64,000 nt of DNA from NCBI GenBank assembly GCA_965644265.1, contig OZ286468.1, positions 10,106,001 to 10,170,000 of the forward strand, written 5' to 3'. This DNA is from Glycera tridactyla (taxonomy: Eukaryota). The notes below the pieces were generated by a model. The model saw nothing but the letters and a program-made list of their open reading frames with translations, ran no database searches and was not told the origin of the DNA. Within the stretch, counting starts at the first letter, position 1, and each line of letters starts with the position of its first letter. The position numbers and the translations under genes are program-made. Below are positions 47,529 through 59,261 of the stretch, one piece after another.

Positions 47529-49040
47529 TGAAGTGTGTAAATTACACTTCTGGCAAGTTTATAGCAAATGTACTTCTGGCATAGATGTAGGAATAATCTG
47601 AATAGATATCTGGTCAGTCTATCAATAAATCTCAACTATAGCAAGTGTGAGAGTGAATACAAACGCAATCAGTTCCATATAAGTCCAGATTTAATGGCAC
47701 ACAACACAAACTATATGACTATACAGTTGTGGCCAATAATGAATGGGTGGTGACTAAAACTAGGTGCTAGTGATGTGCTGATGATGAGGGATGACCGATG
47801 TGCTTGGTGTAGCAGCTGGGAGCAGAGTGACCCTGAGTTCTATTCTCCCACTGGTTTGTTGAACACACAGCATCATTGGTAGCATCACACACACACCCCC
47901 AGCAGCATGTAGAAACATAGCAACCACCAACTCATTATCATGCACACAGAGACACCAAAACTACTCACAGTAAATACAAATGACTACATAGCAAAATAAT
48001 GATATACACATGAACAATAAGTTTCTCTGTTACAGGATATGAATCTATTATTGGTGATTATGTTTTCAGGAGGGAATGGTGATGCTCCATCCATAAATAG
48101 TACCAAACAAAATAATTAGTACAAGACAATTGAAATTATATTTGGGTGTAAAGGGGTGTCTGAGGCCAGCTTCCTGGCAACCGTATGCACACTCCTGTAC
48201 ACACATACACTTGCATGTAGCAAGTTGGTTACCTGGCATCTGTCTGACATGACAACTTTGTTTGGACATGACTGTAACCATCTAAGTGTGGAATCATTAC
48301 CAATGATATTAATCTTATTTATGATCTTCTGTGGCAGGACTGTGTGGGTTGTGACTGATTAGAGCCCAACCTGTATTAAGAGACTGGTCCTTCACACAGA
48401 GGAAGATATACAATAAGATATTGCATATGAGGAAGATTGTCTCCTTGATAGACACAATATCAGCAGGCATTTTTCAGCACACATGGAAATACTTGGGGGG
48501 GGGGGGGTTCTGACTCCCCAACTCAGTAACTGGTCACTGACCTGGTGATGCAGGGCATGCTAGTGCCTGCCTGCTGTACAGGGGGCATGCTGAAACCAGA
48601 TAACATGTTTGCATCTGAAATGAGCTTGTGTCATGGAGTCATGTCCATTCCTTTGTATGTTTGGTGACTATTTCATCAGCTAGGAATTGAAGGAAAATAA
48701 ATGATGGAAATGCCAGGATTGACATTTCTGATTGTTTCAAAACAGGAAGTAGAATATAAGATAATGACCATTTCCAGGGAGACAGATTGGTTAAATATAA
48801 GATTATAGATTGTCTCAACTGGAATGAGGTCAGCAATAGGCAATATTATAAAATAGGTCAAGTTAGAATATATCAATCAATAAAATAATTCATATTCAGA
48901 TCACCTTCCTGTGATCACCTCAACTTCATCAATCAATCAAAAACAAATTTCATCTGGCTGTCAACTTCCTGACATTGACATGGCAACCCACTGGTTCCAG
49001 TCAAACCTGTCCTCTTGACAGCACAGATTTCGGTCCTACA
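47529..49040 (-). repeat. 5' LTR of Gypsy-2
   Basis: Repeat of 35293-36804. Confidence 0.97.
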
Positions 49041-49257
49041 CACTTGACACATAGAAAAGCATTAGGTTAGGAGAATACTCAACCGAAGTGTTCAATTACA
49101 AACTGCCAACTTCAAACCAGCTTTACAATAATTTCATGTCCTATACTCGCAGTACGATGCCATCACACATCCTAGTAACCTAGTCATCAGCCCTAGTAAC
49201 CCAGAACTGGTGTGCTTGGTACCCGCTTTTTGCATAGTGACAATATCCACAGAGCAA

Positions 49258-49878
49258 ATGCAGCAACAGTACGCTACCTACTTGAGACGCCAGGGGAAAG
49301 CCCGCCTCAACCAAGTGGCTACCCTTCTCTCAGACTACAGCCGCACCAGCTTCACCCAGGCTGATGCCTATCGCAACACAGTCCGCAACCTATATGAGGG
49401 CTCTGGTGCAGATCTACAAGGGGCTCTCTCTCTTCTGGACAGCCTCTACCGCCAGGACCGCGACAGGAACCTGGCTTCAGTCACCTCGAGACGCCAACGC
49501 AACTCGGTGCCCACAGATGCAGATATCCTGTCTCACCACCTGCGTCAACCAGATTCCTATACCGCTAGGCGCCCCGCCGGCCCCTCAGCAGCTGCAGGAG
49601 CAGCCCCCAGACCCAGATCCAGATCCAGATCCCCAGTCAATCGACAGGGAAACTCCTACAGGCGGCCCCGCTCGCCCTCAGCTGGGGGACCCCGCCCGAG
49701 ACAGAATGGTCAGCAGGCTCCCCGACCACGCCCACGCCAACCACAACAACAACAACAACAACAACCACGTGTGGATGGCCAGCAGCTCACCCGGGCAGAA
49801 CAAGCAGCACTCCGTATCTTCCGCCAGAATGTGAGGGCTGGCTTCAGAGGCCCCAATCCAGCTACCAGGGAACAATAA
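49258..49878 (+). CDS. PLE ORF1, basic and R/S/P/Q-rich (RNA-binding or gag-like?), 206 aa
   Basis: ATG 10 nt inside the left TSD; helical-looking N-terminus, RSRSRSP and PRPRP tracts; TAA at 49876-78. Confidence 0.7.
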   Translation: MQQQYATYLRRQGKARLNQVATLLSDYSRTSFTQADAYRNTVRNLYEGSGADLQGALSLLDSLYRQDRDRNLASVTSRRQRNSVPTDADILSHHLRQPDSYTARRPAGPSAAAGAAPRPRSRSRSPVNRQGNSYRRPRSPSAGGPRPRQNGQQAPRPRPRQPQQQQQQQPRVDGQQLTRAEQAALRIFRQNVRAGFRGPNPATREQ

Positions 49879-52625
49879 GCACTTCGAGCCCTGGGGCCAT
49901 AGCTGCCACCAGTGACACCCCTCTCGGTGCTACTTTCACCAGCAACCTGTTATGTTTTCCACCAGCCAGAACACTACCTGTTCTCTCTAATGATCACAAC
50001 ACTACTTTGAGAGTTTCCCCCATTGTGGTCACCCCTAGTCAGGAGCCACTCAACACCCTCTCACAGACACCAGTTACCACGACGGTGGAATCTTCCACCC
50101 CGGGTTGTAGCCAAGTCTCCTCACCTTATCATGTACACCCTACCTATCTGAAAGACAGACTTGCCAATCTGGCCACAGTCCTCAATCTTACCACCCAAGA
50201 AGTGTCTCTCTCTGAGCTCTGTTTACACATTGTGCAAAATAAAAAATGTCAACTATGTTGCTCTCTGTGTCCTGTACAACAACCTTATATTGTCAATTTA
50301 TCTGATTTCACGTTGAATGATGATCACACCAGTGTGTTGTCTAAAGGCCTATCCTTCTGCCCCACTCCGGGTGAACCCGATCTAGGTGAGCTCCGGACAG
50401 ATCTCAACAGGTTTCACCGTTCACTCAGACTGAGATCATTTTTTGGCCCTTCAGAACTTGACCCTGAGTCCACATACACTACAAACACCACCAACACACT
50501 ACCCATCAACTACAACGGGAATGAACCTTTTGAACACCCAAAATTCAAACCCAAGTCGGTGTTCAACCCGAGAGGCCCACCACCTTTGGAGGCCTTTATT
50601 GCCAACAATGAGCTGGACCTCACACAGTCCCCCTCTCCCCGCCAGAAAAAAGATAACCTCTCTCGCAGGGAACGACGGGCTCTGGCAGATTTGAGAGCCC
50701 ATCAGGAATTTGTTATCAAACCAGCAGACAAAGGTTCTTCAGTGGTGATAATGAACACCTCTGACTATGTGGAAGAATGCCTCAGACTTCTGAACGATGA
50801 ACGATTCTATACCCCTCTTTCAGAAGATCCTACCACTCTCTTCAATGAGGAAATCAACAAGGAGATCAAGAGCGTGGAAAACAAAGGTGAAATCTCAGAA
50901 AAATGCTCCAAATATCTGAGGAATGACTCCCCCTCTGCAGGTGCTTTCTACATTCTACCAAAAATTCACAAGCCCCTACGCCCCCCTCCGGGTCGCCCCA
51001 TCATCTCTGCTATAGGAAGTCCAACAGAAAAAATCTCACAACTATTGGATTTTTTTCTACAACCCTACTTGACCTCTATCAAGTCATACATCAAAGACAC
51101 TACCCATTTTCTCTCATTGGTAGAATCTCTACCCCCCATCACTGGCAACTGCATTCTGGCAACATTAGATGTTGTCTCTCTGTATACTAACATCCCCCTG
51201 GAGGATGCTAGAAAAGCAGTAGCCATTGCCCTCAGAGACATGAGACCAGGGGCAACACATCCTTCCAACCAATCTCTCATCAAACTCTTAGATTTGGTCT
51301 TTCAAAAGAATGTTTTCACATTTTGTGATCAAAAAGACACCAGAATTTTCCTCCAAAACTCAGGTGTAAGCATGGGTTCAAAATGCTCTCCAGCTGTGGC
51401 ATGTGCTTTTATGAGCACCTTTGAAGAAAAACATGTATACAAGTACACCCACCAACCACTCCTGTGGAAAAGATACATTGATGATTGCATTATCATCTGG
51501 CAACATGGAGAAGAAGAATTACTGGAATTCACCAACTACCTCAATTCCAGACATCCCAGGGTCAAATTCACCCTGCACTACTCAACCTCTCAAGTAGACT
51601 TTCTAGACACCACCCTGTTCAAGAGTGACAATGGGACCTTGAAAACTACCCTATTCTGCAAACCAAATGACTCCCACAACTACCTACTGTACTCATCCTC
51701 CCACCCAGACACAATCAAAAAAGGATTACCCTACAGCGAATTCCTTCGTGTCAGGCGCATCTGCAGCAAAACAAGTGATTTTTTAGGAAACACTGCTATG
51801 CTAGCAGCCCACTTCATCAGAAGAGGCTACCCTCTCAACATTTTAGAGGAAGCATTCAACAAAGTGAAGAACACCACCAGGGAAGAACTTATCATCCAGG
51901 CAGATCTATCCACCACAGCACCACTCAAACCAGGTGTGAACAGCCAGAATGACAGTCAAACCACCACAGGTAAACTATTCTCAGTGGTGACATACAACCC
52001 CAGGGGTAACCCCAATCAGCATGTCATCAAACATAATTGGAACATGCTGGGCACCTCAGGGACAACCTGGGACCTCTACCAACACCAGGTCATCCATGGA
52101 TACAGAAGACCAAAAAACTTACGAGACCTCCTGGTCAACTCCCGCCTGAAACTCCCATCAACTACCACTAAGAGGGGGGTTTCAGGCATGGTGATGAGGG
52201 ACTGCACCCGCAGTGACTGCACATATTGTCACAAACTAAACAAAACTGGCACAATATCTTCACCAGTTACACACCAATCATCCAAGTGCTGCCGAAACTA
52301 CACCTGTGAAAGCAGTAATGTCATTTACTGCTTACACTGCCAGCACTGTTCTAAACTCTATGTGGGACAAACTAAAAGGAGACTCAGAGAAAGACTATAC
52401 GAGCATTTTCGCTCTATCAAAAAACCACTCAGGGACACCCCCATGGGCGCACACTTCTCTCAACCTGGCCATCCAGGCCTGGAAACTCTCGAAATCTTTG
52501 TCCTTAAATTTATTAAGGCCAACCCAGATTCAGCTATAGCCCAACACGACCGAGACATCCATGAAACTAAATGGATCCACCGTCTAAGGACTTCCTTGCC
52601 ATTCGGCCTAAATAGTATGGACTAA
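49569..52625 (+). CDS. PLE ORF2: reverse transcriptase plus GIY-YIG endonuclease (stop-to-stop extent; no upstream ATG)
   Basis: LSKGLSFCP, KPADKG, LPKIHK, GRPIIS, LDVVSLYTNIP, GVSMGS, KRYIDD, CTRSDCTYC linker, NVIYC...LYVGQT...EH; no stop between the TAG at 49566-68 and 52625. Confidence 0.93.
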   Translation, partial: APRRPLSSCRSSPQTQIQIQIPSQSTGKLLQAAPLALSWGTPPETEWSAGSPTTPTPTTTTTTTTTTCGWPAAHPGRTSSTPYLPPECEGWLQRPQSSYQGTISTSSPGAIAATSDTPLGATFTSNLLCFPPARTLPVLSNDHNTTLRVSPIVVTPSQEPLNTLSQTPVTTTVESSTPGCSQVSSPYHVHPTYLKDRLANLATVLNLTTQEVSLSELCLHIVQNKKCQLCCSLCPVQQPYIVNLSDFTLNDDHTSVLSKGLSFCPTPGEPDLGELRTDLNRFHRSLRLRSFFGPSELDPESTYTTNTTNTLPINYNGNEPFEHPKFKPKSVFNPRGPPPLEAFIANNELDLTQSPSPRQKKDNLSRRERRALADLRAHQEFVIKPADKGSSVVIMNTSDYVEECLRLLNDERFYTPLSEDPTTLFNEEINKEIKSVENKGEISEKCSKYLRNDSPSAGAFYILPKIHKPLRPPPGRPIISAIGSPTEKISQLLDFFLQPYLTSIKSYIKDTTHFLSLVESLPPITGNCILATLDVVSLYTNIPLEDARKAVAIALRDMRPGATHPSNQSLIKLLDLVFQKNVFTFCDQKDTRIFLQNSGVSMGSKCSPAVACAFMSTFEEKHVYKYTHQPLLWKRYIDDCIIIWQHGEEELLEFTNYLNSRHPRVKFTLHYSTSQVDFLDTTLFKSDNGTLKTTLFCKPNDSHNYLLYSSSHPDTIKKGLPYSEFLRVRRICSKTSDFLGNTAMLAAHFIRRGYPLNILEEAFNKVKNTTREELIIQADLSTTAPLKPGVNSQNDSQTTTGKLFSVVTYNPRGNPNQHVIKHNWNMLGTSGTTWDLYQHQVIHGYRRPKNLRDLLVNSRLKLPSTTTKRGVSGMVMRDCTRSDCTYCHKLNKTGTISSPVTHQSSKCCRNYTCESSNVIYCLHCQHCSKLYVGQTKRRLRERLYEHFRSIKKPLRDTPMGAHFSQPGHPGLETLEIFVLKFIKANPDSAIAQHDRDIHETKWIHRLRTSLPFGLNSMD

Positions 52626-52905
52626 CCAGGCAAACCGGGTGCCCCCACCCCCCGTTTCTAACAGGGGCTACCTGGTTTCCCAGGGCACGGGCTTAAAGAT
52701 ATTTTCTTTAACCCCTGATATTCATTTTAACTGGCAAACCAACCAATATAGTAGGCCTAGTAAAGACAACATATGTCTTACTAAATCAATCAATCAATTA
52801 GATTGGTAGGTGACCCCTAAGGCACCAATCAACCCAATGAAAATCAGTGAATGAGCTCTTTTTCAAGCAGGCAAATACCTGCCAGGGTATACCATACTTC
52901 ATATG

Positions 52906-52970
52906 GAGACAGCTATGCACCTGATGAGTCCCATAAGGGACGAAACAGCATCTTTTGTCATCAACTTGTC
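52906..52970 (+). ncRNA. Hammerhead-ribozyme-like motif (type I topology) in the PLE 3' region
   Basis: CTGATGA-GTCCC(ATAA)GGGAC-GAAA; stem III ACA/TGT followed by C (GUC site, 52957-59); proximal stem I pairs poorly. Confidence 0.65.
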
Positions 52971-53636
52971 AGCCCCAGGACACTAATTTCAAACCCTTGT
53001 ATCTGAATTCTCTTGGTCTATCCAAGATGGGCCAGCCACCCATCAAGGAGAGACAATCAACAAAGAGCCTATTGTTGGCTTCGCCTCTGTGACGTCCTCG
53101 ACGTCTCGACGTCCCCTCTATGACGTCACGGGCTTATCGTTGCTCAGCGACGTTGTTACGTAGTCAAGAAACCGGCTACGTTGATGACGCAGGTGAACCG
53201 GTTGCCAGGTTCCGCCAGTTAACGTGAGAATTCATTTCTCACCTCGCTGTCGTGCAGATCAGACGTGACTCACCTTCTTCTTCCCCCGTCTAAGCATAGT
53301 GACAATATCTGCAACAGGCAAACCGTTAGCTACCTACACTGGAGACCATTTCGCTGAAGAAATAAGAAGGAGCTTAGAGTGATAGAAAAGATGTGAAGAG
53401 AAAGAAACCATGGTGATAGTGTAATTTTGGTAGAAAATACCTAAAGACAGATGACAGAAATTTGGAAGGTATGTTTTCATTCAACCCCCACACCAAAAAC
53501 CTATTGAGAAAAAGAGAAGGGATGATGCTACATCTAGGCCACATCATCCCCGATGGCAACACTTCAAAGAAAAAGACCCGCGCCCATTGGTGGCTGCCTT
53601 CTGTAGAGACCCTGGACTCCCACCCTACCCACATAT

Positions 53637-55599
53637 TGTAGGACTGAAATTCTATGTCTGAGAGATTTGAAAGTCTGAATTTAGAAGTTTGAATTTGAAT
53701 TTAGAAGGTTTGAATTTGAATATAGAAGGTTTGAATTTGAATATAGGAATTGAATTGCACGCCACAGTTGGATACACTCTTAGTAGATATGGATGTTGGT
53801 TTTAGATCATGAAACAGAGGTTCATCACACGAGTCATACTTAGGAGTTTATTATCAGTAGTATTGGTGGAATGACTGTGAACAGCAATGAAAGAGTGTGT
53901 AACTGTGCTCAATAGTTTGAATGAGAGATATGAATGAGACCTATGAATGTGATGGATGTCTTGAGCAGTATGCGAGGCATGCTGACACATGATGGTTAAA
54001 TGATTGAAATATGATTTCCATGTTTTACAGACATGATATTGTGAATATTGGTGATTTATACAGATAGCCAGGTCTGGAATGGTCTGTGAGAATGGAACTC
54101 ACAGATAGGTAGAGAAACTGGATTTCTCTCTTCTAATTGAATATCGTATCATGTATTGTTGAACCAATCATTAGATCTTAGATAGAAACTAGAGTATATG
54201 ATTGCAATATATCATATTCATATTTAAGCCAGCTTAGATCAGATGATTGTGGCATGAACATGGTGAATGCCAGCTGGCATGGGAATCTCCCTGATGTACA
54301 TCTTTTTGCACATCAGAGGCATGTCTCAAACATGACAGTTTACAGTCAAACCTCCCTATAAAGACCGCCTTCGGTCGCATCAAAAAGTGGCCTTTATAGG
54401 GAGGTGGTCTTTATAGAGAGGTCATTAACTGTTGAAAATACTTCCACGGTCGCAGTTCAGGGCGGTCTTTATAGGGAGGTGGTCTTTATAGAGAGGTGGT
54501 CTTTAGAGGAGGTTCGACTGTATTTTCTCTTGTTTATTTCACCATCATTACTGAAAATTACATCAATTAAGAAATATTTTGATCATCAGTCTATCCCAAT
54601 ACCTTGATATGTTGCTCATGCCCTGTACATGTAAACATGGGGAAATGACCAACCCGCATCTCATTATGCAAGAATGCTCACCCCCAGTTCCCACCACCAT
54701 CTGCAAGCTAGCTCTTGCTAGAATTGCCCCTGAGTGGCTTGGATTTAATTTGTATCAAAGATCCCAATCTTCAGGATAAATACCTGGCTGATTCAGACAC
54801 AATTATTTTAGAAACATTCTGAAGTCAGCGTGAAATTCTTCAGAGTTTATCTCAACAGAAGTGTTGTGATAAAGTTGCATGAATGTGAGCCATGAGTGGT
54901 GCACTGATTGCATCAGTGCATCCCTCTGCCACTCTCCTACACTACCCCTAGCAACCGGCTACAACAAGTACAGCCTGTTGTGGGGGAAGCCCTCATTTAC
55001 CTTGGCTTTATGCGAGCAACCTATTGCAGCTCACATTCAGCCAGTGATTGTTTATTTCTGTGTCCATTCATATTTCTGTCAATAGTTAACATATTACAGT
55101 CAAACCCATCTTGAAAGATGTGTCTCAGTGTCAGGCACGCATTGGTATATAGTTCATATGTTTATTCAATGTTTATTTCATGATGTGCATGCCTTTCCCC
55201 ATAAACCCTAATATTGTATATGGTCATAGAGAGGTTGTGAAACCTTCTCTGTATAATGAGGCAAGTGGTGGACAAGTTTGGGACATGTTTTGGGGGAGGA
55301 TGCTTGTGATGCTAACTTTGTCTATATGAGTCAGTGTGTGGAAACAATCCTGATCACTTGGCTTCCTGCAGACATACGTTGCACATCAGTCACCATCATC
55401 ACCCAGCACTTAGTCCTTAGTTTGTATAGCACTTCTTCATTATTGGCTACTCCCTAGAAAGAGTACCAGTAAATGATTTATAGACTCTACCTACTCGTTT
55501 GTCTTCTTACAAGTGACATTCTATCCGACATTTTGTGAAGTTCAGTACACATATCATCACGGCCAAAGGTAGGAAGTGTTGAGAATTTACTCCACTTCA
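53637..55599 (+). repeat. 5' LTR of element 3 (contains a MITE insertion)
   Basis: 1963 bp minus the 180-bp insertion equals 1783 bp, matching 60382-62164. Confidence 0.95.
54343..54520. mobile_element. TA-MITE inserted in the 5' LTR of element 3
   Basis: cagttTA[CAGTC...GACTG]TAttttctc versus the empty site cagttTAttttctc in the 3' LTR (about 61085). Confidence 0.95.
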
Positions 55600-55601
55600 A
55601 G

Positions 55602-55614
55602 TGGTGCCTAAGAC
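55602..55614 (+). promoter_or_regulatory. PBS-like site of element 3 (TGGTGCCTAAGAC), partly tRNA-His-like
   Basis: TGG 2 nt after the LTR end; the first 7 nt match the recalled His PBS. Confidence 0.55.
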
Positions 55615-55688
55615 TTCAAGGATATGAACTGTCTCGGTATCACAGGAGCTATTCACATCAGGATCCTACTATTGTCTCTCTCTTACAC

Positions 55689-56153
55689 ATGGATTTCAAT
55701 GAAATAATTGGACTGAGTACATCAGGAAACAACATCACATGTTCTGGAACTTCCCTTTCTACAAACTGTAAGTTATTCAACATACTTGGTGAACATTACC
55801 AGGAAAAAACCTTACCTTGCCATATCAGGACAAGTCAGTTATCCATCTGTGACTTCCATCCACGTTACACCAGTGAATTGACTTTTCACTCATCAGCAGC
55901 GCCTTATGCGGACATTTATCTACTTTATCAGTCATCGCTTCAATTTCGAGGTCGGGACATTTCGATGCCAGGTTTGGTACTAAAGGAAACTGACATTATG
56001 GGAAGCAGCACCTTACATTGTGACTTCAAGGAGGGATACATTCCACTCATCAGACTTATTTCCACACAAACTGTACAGGCTAACCAGCCACACCAACACT
56101 ACATTCTAGAACCTAACATTTGCTTTCAGAGATCTCAGCCTTATCTCATGTAA
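55689..56153 (+). CDS. Leader ORF of element 3 (154 aa), possible homologue of the Gypsy-2 leader ORF
   Basis: Same position after the PBS; shares HPxxxSEL...AAxY and [FL]HC[ED]F...L[IV]RL[IV] motifs by eye. Confidence 0.35.
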   Translation: MDFNEIIGLSTSGNNITCSGTSLSTNCKLFNILGEHYQEKTLPCHIRTSQLSICDFHPRYTSELTFHSSAAPYADIYLLYQSSLQFRGRDISMPGLVLKETDIMGSSTLHCDFKEGYIPLIRLISTQTVQANQPHQHYILEPNICFQRSQPYLM

Positions 56154-57489
56154 CCATGTCCATGTTGTGGAAATATTAGTGTGGTTTTTGATATTGGAAA
56201 GCTTTGGCTGCAGTTTCGATTGTTATACGTGTTCCATGCACATATTTCAATCAATAGGCAGTAATGGTTCTAAATATTTTGACCATTTTCCTGTAATGTG
56301 TAATGATGTGTACAGATATTTATATGGTTTACTTGGAAAGCTTTGACTACAGTTTTGATTGTTAGATATGTGCTCTCAGTCATATGAGTGTACTGATTTC
56401 ATCAATAGGTAGTAATGGTTCTCAAGTCCTGGTTCAAATGTCTTCATATTTGTAATGTAAACTACACGAATTCATGCCCTTTAATTGCAAAATTGACCCC
56501 ACATTTCCCCACATTTAATGCAATCAACCGTAAAACCCAAGTGCACATTCATTTATGACTCACCCAGATCCAAGAACCATTATCAATGTTCTTCCATCCA
56601 TACATCCATCAAATCACCCACTCACTCATCTCACTTGATCATCCACTCATCTCACTCAATCATTCACTGATTTCATTCATTCATTTGTTCATTCATTCAT
56701 CCATCCATCCACTGTTCAACCATCTCATGCTATACTATTCATGGAGATCATATCAATTGGTTGACTTCCTGTTTACTTGCCTGACTTATATGTGAATGGC
56801 CTAATGTTTGACACCTCTGTATTTTCATCATTTGTAGCTGATATGCATGCCAGTTGGATGGTCTTTAGTTTTGGATACCAGCCTTGTCATGTTTCACCAG
56901 CTAAAGAGGCCCAGTATGTCTGTAGCTACTGCATCTCATTAGGAATCAGGAACTTGATATCCTACCCCTATCCTGGTAGAGATGGGTTGTCCAGAATCCC
57001 CCAAATGATCTCAACAGGGTCACTCATCTCTGGTGTGTAGAATAGAAGAGAGAGGGAACTCATTCTGCTATTTTGTTCTAGCATCCCCTGACCATCTCCC
57101 GGGGGATTAGTGTGTAGAGAGAGGTTACCTCCAGTCAAGCATGACTCTATAGGGGTTGCTTGTCTGAAGTGCTCTGAATACCTCTATTGAGCTTTCAAAT
57201 TAAATGCCTGTAGATAGCTATATAAACACAAAAAGGATTGTTTTGATGGTGATATCCTTCATGAAGCTAAAACAGCAGATATGACATCTCAGGTTTGCCT
57301 GAACATATTACCTGTTATGTTAGGAATGTTCAAATTCTGACAAAAATTATGACTATTCAATAGATAGGCCCATACATTGTTCGGGGTGAAATTGCCGATC
57401 CCTCTGAATTGGCTACTTCCAGAAAATACTTTGATGATATCCCTGATCTCGCTTTGATGTGCCCTGAGGAACACCATAATTACATACCT

Positions 57490-57498
57490 GCAATGATA

Positions 57499-57562
<64 letters not shown>

Positions 57563-58071
57563 TAATAATAATGACAATGATGAAAATGATATGAATGATT
57601 ATATGAGTAATAATAATAACAATAATGTGAATAATGAGAATGAAAATGATATCAATAAACCATGATAGGAACAGAATTGGTAATCAATATGGCAAAACAA
57701 TTTTTGTATGGGAGTGTCTTGGTCATGATTATGTGAAATCTACTGATTATGTATCCTTGATTAATGGATGTATCATGACTTTTGTATGATTTGCTTGTAA
57801 CCTTTTCATCTCACCAGAATCACCTGAAANNNNNNNNNNNNNNNNNNNNNNNNNNNNNNNNNNNNNNNNNNNNNNNNNNNNNNNNNNNNNNNNNNNNNNN
57901 NNNNNNNNNNNNNNNNNNNNNNNNNNNNNNNNNNNNNNNNNNNNNNNNNNNNNNNNNNNNNNNNNNNNNNNNNNNNNNNNNNNNNNNNNNNNNNNNCACG
58001 TGTACCCATGCATGCACACACAAATGCACACACACAACCTTCTCATGTATGCACACTGCACACACATGCTC

Positions 58072-58113
<42 letters not shown>

Positions 58114-58380
58114 CTGCCTTGAACACACACTTGCCTACCCATGCATGCACACACATATGCACACACAACCTTCTCATGTATGCACACCGCACACACGCAT
58201 GCATACACACTGCACACACACACAGCTATCTTAAGACAACACGCACACAACCTTCTCATGTATGCACACTGCACACACACACACATGCTCCTGCACACAC
58301 ACACACGCTCCTACACACACACACAAGCACACACACACACACACATACACACACTCATGCACACATACACACAGCTCTGT
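57490..58380. repeat. (TAA)n and CA-rich simple repeats (with a gap) interrupting element 3
   Basis: Direct reading. Confidence 0.9.
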
Positions 58381-58384
58381 GTCT

Positions 58385-59170
58385 GCATGTTACCTCATCT
58401 CTTCCTTATTAACACCAACTAGCCAATATTTCACAGCAAGAGTGCAACCATACCTCCTATCCTGCATGTCTCCTTTCATATCCAGAAGGATTTATTCTGA
58501 TATTATCAATCCCTAATAGTCCAGGTCCATCCTAGTCCAGATGCCTTCAAAGTTATTAGTGAGATACTATTGGCAGGTGTCTCCAGTTAGATATCTATGA
58601 ACTGATTCTGTTTGATTCCTTTTAAAAACACCACAATTGTGACATCATATGATGTTGACCAACAATACATGGCCATTTCACCTAATTCCAGTACAATAGT
58701 ATTTGTTGACCAATGACATTTTCCATTCATGTTCATTTCAATAGCAATATTCTATTACGATGCACAAAAAAAAAATGAATTGTCACTCTACCACCCTTGT
58801 TTGGATAATTCCCCCATGATCAGCTTCTACTCACCCATGCATGCTATGCCCATCCAAAACGTCATCCACTACCCCTTCATAACCTCACCTGTTCATACAC
58901 TCCCTCCCCATACCCTCCAAAATTTGGGATCCGGTTTCTCTGGAGATGGAACATTCAATTGTTCATTTTCCCGACATGCTGGATCAGATTTTGGGAGACA
59001 CCCCCACCCATCTATACTCTCAAACAACCCTTAGAGACCACCTTGACACCCTTAGTGACACCTTCTACCCCACCCATTCCCAAACCACTTTCACCTTCTA
59101 TGCCTCTAAAGTGATCACTATTGTTGTGTGTATTGTAGTATGTATAGTTGCAGAGGCTTGTAAATATTTG
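58385..59170 (+). pseudogene. env: Decayed env remnant in element 3
   Basis: PPILHVSFHIQKDLF*YYQSLIVQVHPSPDAFKV...PFKNTTIVTSYD...YMAIS versus Gypsy-2 env PPTLHLPFSPQTNLFQYYQYLNVQIYPTPHEFTV...PFKNTSIVATYD...YVAIS; FPDMLDQILGDTP...TFTFYA versus IPDQLDHLLDGSP...AFTFYA. Confidence 0.85.
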
Positions 59171-59261
59171 CACTTGAATCTTCATGTTTTATATTTTAAT
59201 GTGCCTGAATAAGTTCTGTTTTAAGAACGGCACATCTGGGAATGACGCGGGAAAGCAAACC

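Larger units (their letters stand above)
35293..49040 (-). mobile_element. Env-bearing Ty3/Gypsy (errantivirus-like endogenous retrovirus), 13,748 bp, recently inserted (Gypsy-2)
   Basis: 1512-bp TG...CA LTRs (only 2 substitutions noticed), TSD CACT, PBS, PPT, gag, pol and env. Confidence 0.97.
49248..53293 (+). mobile_element. Intact Penelope-like element (RT, Cys-linker, GIY-YIG; Neptune-like), 4046 bp
   Basis: Flanked by the 16-bp duplication GCATAGTGACAATATC (49232-47 and 53294-309); two ORFs; hammerhead-like core in the 3' region. Confidence 0.92.

Noticed and set aside
49831-49970. Intron joining PLE ORF1 to ORF2 (GTGAGG...ccaccag)
   Set aside because: Both candidate acceptors (49966, 49970) are out of frame with ORF2.
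57035-57075. NRRER|ELILLF as the furin site of the element-3 env
   Set aside because: Position is plausible but flanking similarity is too weak, so the env remnant call is limited to 58385-59170.
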